41,541 bases of DNA from Paraglomus brasilianum (lineage: Eukaryota): the NCBI GenBank assembly GCA_910592345.1, contig CAJVPI010000220.1:1-41541 (forward strand). Direction: 5' to 3'. Below are positions 23,397-35,003 of this stretch, in pieces (the first letter of the stretch is position 1; every line of letters begins with the position of its first letter). Below the pieces are notes generated by a model. It was not told the origin of the DNA. It saw nothing but the letters and a program-made list of their open reading frames with translations, and made no database searches. The position numbers and the translations under genes are program-made.

Positions 23397-25195
23397 TTCG
23401 ATATTCCTGTCCTTTAATATAGGGAGGGAAAGGTGGTGGTCGGGGATGTTTACAAAAATAGATTGGGATTGTTATTGTGTATAGAGGGGTTGGTGAGAAA
23501 TCTTTGAGAGCAAGTCTTGACTTTGTGTGACGGCGTGTAAAATGTTGGGGTAATTATAATTATAATGTAATACAGAAAACGCCGATTGTAAATCTTTGAC
23601 CAATCAACAGTGATCGTGAGTGCGATAGAGAAGAGAGGTAGAAGATGCTTTGACAGAGGGTGGGAGGATGATTAATAGGAAGGATACCAATCTTATTAAT
23701 AATGTTATTTGTTCATGATCATATTTATTACAGAAACCAGAATCCAGATTTCATCAGTCGAAATACCTCCCAAGCAGTTTATATCAACAAGCATGTCAAG
23801 ACGTCAAGGCGCCGCCAAATACGGCACATCGCAAAACGCATCACAACATAAACGGAGTCTTCTCGAGCCACAACGGCCAAGACGGGGAATTATATAAACT
23901 GTGTATAGTAATAGTGATTTGTAAAGAAAGAACAGCGATAATAGCCCGTGGGGTTTTACAAAGTATTTGTGTAACGGAGACTGAATAAATCATCTTACAG
24001 TATGTAATTTCCAGTAACTGATGCTGTTGTTATTATTATGGCTCACTAAGAATATTTAATCTATTTTCTTTGCAGGAAGAGCTTCTTTTGTTAAAAGCAT
24101 GCGAAGGAATGAGAAAAAATAATATTCAAAAGATCATATACAGACGAATAATATTATCACTCGTAGGTAGAATAGGTAACAGTAACCTGACTAAACTTCC
24201 CGCGAAAAACGATGTGGCTGTCCTCACCTTTTTCCAAGATATTGGATAGTAAAGCATATATCGGTTTTAGGAGACTGTTGCTTATGATTAGCCAATAAAT
24301 GATTAGTGATTTGTAATATTGGTTTATCGAGGCTCGATCTATTAATAGATTGACCCTATATTAATATATAGTTAAAAGCTAATAGTAATAAAACTTGTTA
24401 GTAAGAACATTTTACTCTTTGTGTTACTTATTTGTTATAATATTTAGTACAATATAAATACAACCTCCATGGGGAAGTCATTCTACACTAAACGCGTTTA
24501 AATAATAATCGTAAGCGTTTTACACGATAAATGTATTCCGTAGACACTTTTGTTTCACCTCTGATTACTCGTGTAATTACGTTAAAACTAGCTCTAGCCT
24601 GCACAGGTAGCTTGGAAATAAAGTCAAGTCGTAACATTTTATCTACGTCATGTTATACCCAATCCCACAATATGCTCTATCGCTATTGCTATAGAATGAC
24701 TCGTGTAATAACCACCACGTGACTTCCTACAACATTTTTAATACAGTAAGGATATATACTCGAACTCAATGAGTAGTCCTATACTTTGGTCATTTTATTA
24801 CTGTTAGTTCCTCTCTTATTACTATCCCTTTTTTCCCTTGAAAGTTGGTTATTCTTTGGTAAATACTCTTTAATGCGCTTGACTTATTGTTGATTAAGGC
24901 GAAAACGAGCTCTTTTTGTAATAAGCTCACATCAGAACTTGGGTTGATTTGTCTGTCAAACCGATACGAATAAAAGGGTTTAAAACATGAATGTCGTTTA
25001 GTTATTTGACATTTTCGCGGGGTAGGACAAATCTGTGGTGGTAACACCTATGATACAGACCCCTGAAAATACCCTGTTCACTTTTGCAGTTTTGCGATTA
25101 TTATTATACGTCATAGTAATAGTAAACGCATATTAGTAACAAATACAATACTTTTCGTTTGCAGCCTTTTCGAACATCGACGTAGATAAATCACA

Positions 25196-25943
25196 ATGGG
25201 CAAGAGAAAATCAAAAAGAAAACCTGCTCCAAAGATGAAGCTTGTCTTAGATACGCAGTTTGATTGTATCTACTGTAGTCATAAACGAAGCATCGAGATT
25301 AAAATGTGAGTTGGTCAACTTTGCAATGCATTGAATCATTAACGATTTCTGCAGAGTTCACAAAAGAAGAAACGCCACTCCTAGTTTTAATAACAGTAAC
25401 GCTGTGTTTTAGTTCAAGTGGGATTTGTTAATAATGTTGTTGAAAAACTTAATCATGTTTATTCTGAAGGGATAAACAAACCAGAGTAGGAAATCTTGTA
25501 TGTAGAGTGTGTGGAGTACAATTCCAAGCACCCATTAACTGTGAGTGTCATTACAGAAGAATTTACTAAAAATTCGGAAATAACGTTAATCCCCCCGTGT
25601 TATTATCTTATCAATCTCCTTGTCACCCTTTCTTTCTTTCTTTATCTAACAACATCTCCATAAAGCGTTAAGCGACCCAATAGATGTGTACTCGGAATGG
25701 ATCGACGCAGCTGAATCAAAACCCGTACCTTCTGTTTCTCCCTCACGCCGTCGAGTCCTCAGACCCTCCGCGCCAGGTGAAAATGCACGAGTTCAGTTTG
25801 ACGAAGAAGATGATTTTGATGACGAGGAATATGATAGAGATCTTGGATCAGCACCCGGCGGGAGGGTTATAAGCAGAATGAGGGATAGAGAGGAAGTGGG
25901 TGAAGAAGAAGAGGATGATGTAGGTCCTTTGTTTGGAGAGTGA
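25196..25943 (+). CDS. ELF1: Transcription elongation factor Elf1, 3 coding exons
   Basis: [60 protein letters not shown]|..[16 protein letters not shown] plus an acidic tail. C4 zinc ribbon signature. Confidence 0.96.
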
Positions 25944-26276
25944 AAGGAGAGAAGACGGTGCGTAAGGCATGATGAGAAGTGTTGTGGATCACAATATATT
26001 GTGGGAGTGTGGATAAAGCGGCCATAGAAATAATTTGTATAAATAAGGATCAAATAACGAGATGTGTAAATTGAGTTGCATAAAGTTGAATCATCGATAT
26101 GTCCTGGTTACTTGCGATCTAATTGAAATGTCACATACAATCAACCAGGTTCAAGCAAGACAGATGAACTCGTTAGTGCTAAAATTAACAGACATACCAA
26201 AGAAAAAAGAAAAGAAAAAAACTGCCTTCATACACACTTGAAATGTTTGCTTAAAAAATCAACCGTGCGTTTTTTT

Positions 26277-28519
26277 TTAGACGCGACACATGTAACTATC
26301 GGTCACTGTTAAATATCTAACCCATCTTTGCGGAAGAAGAGAATTATTCTTCTCGTACACCTTTAACCGTTTTATTTGGAGCGAGGATGGTATGTAATTG
26401 GAGATATCAAATTCAAGACTAAAAAATAAAGAAAACAACATTTGTTTTGTTAATACTCGATTAAAGAAGGAACGGGGTTCCCAATAAAAAATGATTTACT
26501 ATGAATTCACTCGCCACAAAAAGTTCCCAGACAACATGAACAGCATATCTTTCGTCTCCAACCCCATCATTTACCTAACTGGCCCGACTTCAAGCTTGTT
26601 AACTCCTGCAAAGTCTTTTATGCCTATGATCTTAATTCTCAAACTCATTTCCGATCCTCCAGTAATTTTTTCTATCACCCACTTTACTTTCTTTCCCTTG
26701 ACATCGTATTCGGCCGTACCACCATCGGGGAGGTCGAAAGAGACCGAACGGGTGGAACGTGGTATGGGAGTCGTTACAGTGACGGTATTTGAAGATCGAT
26801 CGCGTGGAATGTCACAGCGTATACGAACAACAACGTGCATTTGATTTGGGGGAGACAGGAGAGTGATTGATGGAAATATGCGGAATGGAAGGCGTACGTC
26901 GGTATTTAAGATATAACTAGTCGGATTGGGATCGGGTATCGGTTACAAAAAAAGAGAGAGATAGAGGTGGTCCGCACATGAGAACTTTGAACGACAAAAT
27001 ACACAGTTTGGGCAAAGCCGTCACTTACTTCATTGCAATGAATTCCCCTTCTTGCGGATATATGATTAATTTTCTAGCCGACTCGAATTCTAATCGTGTG
27101 TGTTGTAGATATAGATTTGTGATATTAACGACCGGTTAAACGTACGTTTGCATCAAAATCGGGCCCTTTATAATTACCTCTGAAATCAACAGAATCATGA
27201 AAGCGATAATTATTCAACAACAAACCATGTTGTGAGCTGTATTCATCTAGAACGGAATTCACAACAAAACTATAATCAAATTTTTTGCATTCTCCATTTC
27301 ATCTCTCATACTCGAATATTCATTATTGTTTCTTACGTTCAATTTTCTCTCCCAAGGTCACCATAGACAGAGTCATATGAATCTCAGGACTTCCTCTTAG
27401 ATAAGACTTGATCTTCATCTCGCCTGTTATTTCCGCATTACTTGTCATTCCCTAATTAAAAATCATACATACATTGTCAAACGATTTGCTCGCGACCTTT
27501 CCTCCTCAACAGGTTGCATCAGCTAGAAACTCACATACGTTTACGGCAAAACTAGCAGTCACTCTCTCGATAACATCGATATAAACCTGTCCAACGTTCG
27601 CGTTTGGATTCGATTCCTTCTTTGTAGACGATGATCGAGTAGAAATTATTGGACGCGTGCTTGAAAGTGTATTATTGCTGCCAAGAGTTCTCTCCAAGGC
27701 TGTGCCTAGAGTTGGTTGAATCTACAACAGGGAAAGGGGATGGATGTAAAGTAAAATAATTTTGATTGGTATGCAATTGATATGTAGAAAACAAATGAAT
27801 GAATGTAAAAAGCGTATGCACTTTTGATATTGTCTGTATAATATTCTCCTGTCTTGTTTGAATAGGGTCTTCGAAAACCCGAGTTTTTAGTTCATCTGTC
27901 GATGTAGTCTGTAGATATCCATAATCCTGTCTCCAAAAAAACAAATGGGCATGTTCACTTAAATCAGCACTCAATTGGGCGCTCCCTTGTCCTTCCCAAT
28001 GTCTCTATAATTTCCAAATTCTTACCAAAACTTCGTCCAATATCTCATATACCAATCCCGCATTCAATCTGACCATTTCCTCGCTCAATCCGCCACAGAA
28101 ATCCTTGATTAACCCTCCGACTCTGGATAGAAACTCCAATACGACAAATGGAGATACATTCTTTCGTGTGGTTGCGACAAACAGAAGATTGGATAAGGTT
28201 AGCGTAATGTAAGAGATTTGGTCGCGGTTGATTATCGGAGGCAAAGAAGAAAGCGAGGAAGAAGGGGGATTGAGGAGTGAATGAAGAATTTCAGGCGTCG
28301 AACGGGGTATATCGTAACGGTCTGAGTTTAAATATGAAAAGGCAGATTGGATAGTAATGATAGGTAGGATAGAAAAAAGTAAAAAGTTAGAATGATGACG
28401 ATTAAACGATATCGACTCAAAGGAAACGACTCGAGAAGAACATTGTTCGCTCGCTTACAATCTCTGAATATTAACGTATCGCCGCGTTGTGGAGAGAGTA
28501 TAAAAAATTGAGAGATCAT
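26277..28519 (-). CDS. AP4M1: Adaptor protein complex AP-4 mu subunit, 9 exons
   Basis: N-terminus MISQFFILSPQRGDTLIFRDYR and C-terminus RWVRYLTVTDSYMCRV* match mu4 rather than mu1/2/3. Internal motifs: IKDFCGGLSEEMVRLN..LVYEILDEVL|DYGYLQTTSTDELK, VYIDVIER, IKSYLRGSPEI, FHDSVD, YPQEGEFIAM, LPFRIFP. Confidence 0.88.
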
Positions 28520-30779
28520 TATTGTATTAAATTGTGCAAATTCATCTCCTCGCACATATAGGCGTATGTTACACAAACACAATAATCAAATTAGTCGAGA
28601 GTGTATGCCCTTTGCAAGCTGAAAATCAATCGGCATTATCTGAGCCGAATTGCGCAAGATGCATTTATGGCTAGATATATGTGCTTAAGTACATGATACA
28701 TTGCCGATAGAAGATAATGATAAAAGCGTTTAATAAATACAGTACTTGAAACGGTGGAATCTTTAAAGCGACTTACGTTATCGTGTTCACTCTGGGAGAG
28801 TTTTTGAAAATTAACTCTAGTAAATGTCTTGCTTACGCGCCCGCGTCAATTAAGGCGTAGCTAATTTCTGAAAGCAGATTTTTAATGCCCCTAATACTAT
28901 AAGGTTCAATCACACTCGTATGTTGTGTTAAATTATCGAGAATAAAATTAGCCATTCTCTTGTCTACAGCTAGATACTACTCTAATGACACTTTAGTAAC
29001 ACGCACAAAAATTGTGATAACAATTAATTATAACCCCTAATCGAAAGTAGTGCTGTACATTGTTTGGAAAGGATACTTAAATTGGACGCGTCGTATACGA
29101 AAGACTTTTTCAACTCGCTGTATGTAGTTTATCGCTCTAGTAATAGTAGTATTTATTAATATCGATATTATTCTAATACCTAACTAACACGATACATGCA
29201 CACGGCTATGTAATGGTCAGGGCCTTGTTATTTATAAATGAATAAAACTCAGATCCCATTAGAAGGAACTTTTTCGAACGTATTTCGGAATACTGCATTC
29301 AGAGAAACAAAGCTTTGCTTCTAATTAACAGAAAATTAGCTCGATATAATATTAGCATTACTTATAGTAACTTCAAAATAGACATGAAAACTAAAATAGA
29401 GAGCGTCCCAATGGCGGGACGAACTAAATGAATATGTTTGTCAATCTTTAATATGTGTCGTATGTTTAATGGGGAACACGCAATATAAAAAATGACCATC
29501 CCGAGGAGTCAAATATAAACATAGAGAGACTGTTACTAAATTATTGCGAATAGTCCAAAGTCTTATCGCGAAAAGTTACGTTCCGATCGGTGAAACCTGA
29601 CAAAACGCCGAAGATGACAAATTTTCTCCTGAAAGAGGAACGGTAAATACTCACGAGGCGTGATCGCGCTGTTTCTAGATTACTATTTAACCTCGAGTAT
29701 TACGTCGATTCTCTTTTGATGGGAAAAGTCTATCTGTCGAGAAAGTTTTCTGTTCTAAACGCGTTTGTGAAGAATTACCACGTAAATACTAATCCTCGCG
29801 TCAAAGTTTCCTATGTAATCGATGCAAGATCGATTTCGTTAATCGCCGATTCGGGAAGCGTTTTACACTTTAACCAGCGACTGAGATAAACAAACAGGGA
29901 AAATAACGAAACAATTTAATATTTATAACTCTTGATTCATTATTATTAGAATTCGAAATAAATAATGATGAAGATGATCGTGTTTCTAGTCTGCAATGAT
30001 GTTCACCGAGGAAAACTACGACCGCTTATTATTATTATACCTAATTAAACTGCTAATAAATTTCGATATACGGGGAAATATCTGCTGCGTAATTAGATAT
30101 GCGGGAAGGCAGTTTATGCACTGAATGTTCGTTTCTATAAGGGCCGACTGTCTCTGTTCACGTGTCTAGACAATAACAAGCTATTGTTCTTCTGCTCTAC
30201 AGTCGGTAAATGAGGCATTGTAATAAACAATAAAGTTCTATGTTATGTAATAAATGGTTATATTGTCAACTTTTAACAACAGAATGTACAAAAATACACT
30301 TTTTTAGTGACATTTCTGAAAAACGCGGAATGTCATTTATGGTAATTAAAATACACTTTTGTGAAGGGCAGACCCCTTGTAAATATTACATATGAAGTTT
30401 TTTACTCAATAGTAAAAATATGTAAACTTTAAATCGATAATGCTTTAAAGGAAAAGCAAGCTACGCTCCTAAAGACTGCGGGCGATATAGTACTTAGCCT
30501 ACGGCCGCTGCTATAAAAAGACAAGAAAAAATCGGTTGTGAGTAAATTTTGTCCATGCAAATCTGTATAACTAATAGCAAGTTGAGCATATGTACAGTAT
30601 ATTTAATATAAGGTGTGTACTATTTATATTGAGAAACTGCAGAGAAACCTCTCCAAGTGCACGATCAAATTAAAATATTAACACCCGACAATCGTGCCTA
30701 AAGTGGCATACTAATTCTATTGGGCAGCAAAGGGGTTCGTGAATTTAAAGGTTGATGTTTTTCACCTTGACCGACTGAT

Positions 30780-31443
30780 TGCTGAACGTCATACAAATCG
30801 ATATTAGTAGCCATCAATCGTTATACTTGAGCCTGACACACGACATTCGTTTTCAATGGTTACATGTAGAATCGTAAATATACCTTGGAAAGTCAACCAG
30901 TTATTATCAGTCCGCTCTCTCGTTGTTTCTTCTGTTCGGATTAACATGTGACGAATTAAACCAATGTGTCCTTCCGTTATTGTCTGAGGCTGAGTGCGTT
31001 TAAATTTCTGAAACACTTGGTTTCGACATGTTTTTGACTCGTCACGAGATGATGGTAAGATGATAGGTCCCTGTACATATCTGCTGACTTACTATTATTA
31101 GCAGGTACCCTAACCCGATCAAACGTTCTCTAAATATTTGGTAATTCTTGAAGCCACTCTGATCTAATAGAACGCATAATCTGCCTCGAATCGTTTGTGA
31201 TTTCAAGGATTCGAGAGTCCAGCAAATCAACTAGACGTCTCGAGCTGCCAGCAAGGCATGGATATGATGCTAATCGTCGGCGTGTAACTCACGACTAATA
31301 ACATACTCCTTGACAGCATTCGTACGGTTACCTCCTTCAAAGACAACTCCTTCAGAACATCCTTTTTTGCCATTGCACAACGCTGGATAAGTCAAGAACA
31401 CTTTTTTCGCGGCGAATCGAAACCCTCCTTGTCGATGCGGCAT
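30780..31443 (-). mobile_element. Endogenous viral element: degenerate geminivirus/genomovirus-like (CRESS-DNA) Rep
   Basis: From ATG 31443: MPHRQGGFRFAAKKVFLTYP (RCR motif I). After frameshifts: YVISRELHADD*HHIHALL (HUH motif II), VDLLDSRILEI (GRS-like region) and a GRTHW Walker-A-like remnant near 30960-30975. Multiple stops, frameshifts and deletions. Confidence 0.8.
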
Positions 31444-32062
31444 ACTGACTAATGTACTGTATATAATAAGAACGATATATCGAACAACAGGCGGGGGCCA
31501 CTATATATAAGAAACAATATTTACCTTATCGCGTACATCACACGAGTGCCAGCGCGATATTACGATCGATCATGATTGTCGATAGCTCCTTCTTTGTAAA
31601 TTAATTGAGCCTCATCATGTCTGCTGGTCGTATCCATTCACTTTCCGTAGTTCTCCGAATGATTCGAAACAGTTTACCACTCCTGCAGCTATTCCCCAAA
31701 TCTATTCTTTGACACAACAACGCGTAAGATGTGGGTTAAGATATCATTATTCAGAGAATGTATAATTGTATAAACTATTCTCTAGAATTTGGGCTATAAA
31801 CAAGTATGATGATTTTCTTCTCCATAAGATCATGGATTAAAGGAGGTATGTATAATCGTATGATTAAGATCGTTGCTGGGATTTTATCGTTCGTCCAACT
31901 GATTAAGCTCTCGACGCTGCCATCATATTAATATGCCGATTACCAGATCATAGTGAACGCCAGTTGAATCGTAAGTTTATTACATATTTATTCGGTTGTT
32001 TATATATCTAAATTGCGTAATATCATACTCCCATCTCCTTTTCTAGCCTGAGAGGTGAGTCG

Positions 32063-32430
32063 TTAACAAAAATACCCTGACCATCCATCCATGTCCCCCC
32101 CACTACACATATTGGTAAATCCCTATAACCATTTGCAGGAAATACCAATACTTAAATCTAAAGTTAATGTCGGGGGAGGAGAGGGCATTAACAAAAATAC
32201 CCTGACCATCCATCCCCCCCACTACACATATTGGTAAATCCCTATAACCATTTGCAGGAAATACCAATACTTAAATCTAAAGTTAATGTCGGGGGAGGAG
32301 AGGGCATTAACAAAAATACCCGACCATCCATCCATGTCCCCCCCGCTGCACATCGGTAAGTCTCTATACCCGTTTGCTGGAAATACCAAAACATTGACTA
32401 AATGTTCGAGGTTCGGGCATTCGACTGGTA
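32063..32430 (-). pseudogene. Fragment of a cellular (RNAi, QDE-1/RDR-type) RNA-dependent RNA polymerase; catalytic segment triplicated in tandem
   Basis: ECPNLEHLVNVLVFPANGYRDLPMCSGGDMDG matches the P.L.HL.NVVVFP..G.R..P..CSGGDxDGD signature. Repeat units begin TTAACAAAAATACC at 32063, 32188 and 32307 (spacing 125 and 119 bp). Confidence 0.8.
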
Positions 32431-33435
32431 GCAATGAAAAAGACAGTTAGTTGGAAATAAAACACCGCTATTAAGGAATACCAACTTATACACATACCTT
32501 GTCGAGGCAGATAGCTTCCTGTATTTCGTTCAGCCCAGATGAGTACAAGCACCGGACGGAGCAACGAGGTCTCTATATTTCGAGAGATAAGGAATGGTCT
32601 TTTCAAAAGACGGAATGTCGGTGATATAGTGCAAAGCAAGCAGAGATAACGATGGTAAATGCATTGTATAGAAAACAGAATAGCGAAATATCCTTTACCA
32701 TTAAGAGACACTCACCAGTGGTAATTCATATTCTGTTAAACCCTTTGTATTTGGGCTCGGCTCGTCAATAACTTTATGAAAGTTCTTCAAAACTTCGTTA
32801 TCTTCTCTTAGTGGAGTTTCAAACTTCCATATGTTGCTGCTGGACCATATCAGTTTCTTAAGATGCCCAAAAGCACTATTATCAAAATAACGTAATGTCA
32901 GCTAGTCATACCCTTCCCAGTGTCCCCCAGTGCCAACTTCTTAATAACAACATAAGGCATTTCTTCTATCTATAGTCATACCTACCCTTTTTTCATGCGC
33001 CAAAACGGTGTGGCTATAGTAATAGAGAGAGTTGACTGTTTCATTGAAGCTAGTTTGTATGTAGTTTGACGGGGGATGAAAGAACTTTTGTCCTTAGACA
33101 AAAAATTTTTTTCTTCAATCTGTATTTAGCTAAGGCGAAATGTGGCTGAGGTGCATCATGTCGCACTAATACTAAAGTAAGCAAGACGGGCTGGGTACGG
33201 CGGGTACGGCAGGCCTAATGAAATGTAAAACTCCAACATATATCCCTAATTGATTTTAGTATCCTGTAGGGGGTATTGATCGTATTGATCAGGGTACATC
33301 TGTCCGAGAAAAAAGCGTGACGTAGTTACAAGCGATAATATTTAGGAATAGTAACAGCTACTTGAGCTACAAATCAAAAGGCCCAAAATTATCTCTTTAT
33401 AGCAAAGATTACATTCATTTAATATAAACAGATCT

Positions 33436-33475
33436 TCGTTATAGCCAAAGTTCATTATAACCAGATTAGACTGTA
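33436..33475 (-). mobile_element. pogo/Tigger-type terminal inverted repeat remnant
   Basis: Minus strand reads TA-CAGTCTAATCTGGTTATAATGAACTTTGGCTATAACGA, the reiterated TATAA(C/T)GA pattern typical of pogo-like ends. A separate Tc1-like end (TA-CAGTCCCCGGTGAAATTAAT) lies at 33806-33827. Confidence 0.5.
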
Positions 33476-34020
33476 TTATTATTTTTCTTAAAACGTCACG
33501 CCGGTTAAAATACCATTGTCTTTACATTTGCAGTTTGATATTCTCAGTTGGGATAAACTATAAACCGTTTCAAATATACCACAAGATGTTCGTGTTTTTA
33601 GACTTGTTTAGAAGATCATAATCGAAAGATATAATTTTTGTCGGCCATAGCGATAGTCCAACCTTTTGGTTTAAAATAGCTTAATATGGATCTAACACTA
33701 AAAGGAAGCCATTGTTTTTTTGCAAGTTATTATATTAGTTTTACACTCTGTTAAATAGAAATTATAAACCAAAATTGATACTTTTAAAAAATTATACTGG
33801 CCGCCATTAATTTCACCGGGGACTGTACTAAGCGTAAATTTATTTCATGCCATAATGACAACAAACCTTGCTTTCTTTTGCTTAATTTATAATGCAACTA
33901 ATGATAACCACTTGCTCTTTTCGTTAATAACCAAATTACTGTAGAAAAATTTCCCGGCAAGTCGATACGAGTGCTATTGAACATCGCACAGAGTTCCGTT
34001 TTTTTTTAATCTTGCTAGGA

Positions 34021-34302
34021 TTGGCCGGGGTTTTTACTACCAGATAATAAATTAGACATACTGCACGTTTATTATTAATAAAAGGGATAAAGTAGCATTC
34101 ATGGTGTTCAATCAAAAATGAAGGTTAAGATAGTTTGATAAGATTTATTCGTTAAGTGACAAACACGTCATTTCAAAAGGCAAAGTCTTTACTAACGAGC
34201 TATTTGACTTGGAGGGTTCTTGTCAGAATCGTGAGAGAATTTCTATTTATATTACCGTTAAAGTATTTTATTTTACAGTGACTTTTATCGAGTTTGACCG
34301 TG
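34021..34302 (+). repeat. Diverged, 5'-truncated copy of the MITE at 22461-22784
   Basis: Shares TTGGCCGG.GTTTTT(T)ACTACCAGATAAT.AATTAGACATA, TATTTGACTT, GAGAGAATT and the end motif TTTTATCGAGTTTGAC. Confidence 0.8.
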
Positions 34303-35003
34303 GATATTGCTTTCCCTTATATGGTACACATTATTATTAGTGTTTGTTATTTTTCACTAGACCAGTTCTCAGAGTTACTACTGCATGTCATCAATCTAAG
34401 TTTCTATAAGATACGTTTCTTATACAGTACCTTGGAATCTACACTTTTTGTTTGGCAGTGAACTCAACAATTAGGTAATAGTAGAAGTAATTTTTGTGCT
34501 CGCTATTTTTTCCTGGCTGTTCCGTCAAAAACAATGAGGGTCTGCAATGCAACATACACGTATAACCAGATACAATGAGTAGGTAATCGATATAAACTGC
34601 TTTTTATACGAATCGTTACTCGCTATAAAATCATAGCATCCGTCGGAAGTGTTCTAAAACAATAAACAGAGTAGTACTATATCTCAATAAATAGCAGGAA
34701 ATTAGGCTTAAAAGAATATTTACGACGGGCCATTGGCTATAACTACGCAATTACATAGTCATCATTTATATAGAAGGCATTCAATGCCGAAACGTCGATC
34801 ATCAATATAGAGTATTATTTAATCGAAAGATGGACTGAGGCAACAATCAACTGCATGTTTTGCCTTCATCATTGTAACTCCATATATAAAGTTCAACGTT
34901 TATGTGTACAACCCACCTTACGATTGTATTGGCTAAACTTGTATGACAGCTATCACTATGTGACAAAATAGCCTTTCGTCTCTCACAGACGATTCATCCG
35001 AAT

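Noticed and set aside
25015..25095. TPP riboswitch-like GGGGT...CTGAAA-ATACCC
   Set aside because: It lacks the 3' half (CUGAU...GAUAAUGCCAGCGUAGG), and the downstream gene is not thiamine-related.
29695..29703. GAGTATTAC circovirus-like nonanucleotide
   Set aside because: There is no convincing flanking stem, it is over 1 kb from the Rep fossil, and it is expected by chance.
32063..32390. Tandem repeat read as a CRISPR array
   Set aside because: The units are ~120-bp whole duplications without unique spacers, they encode an RdRP motif, and the context is eukaryotic.
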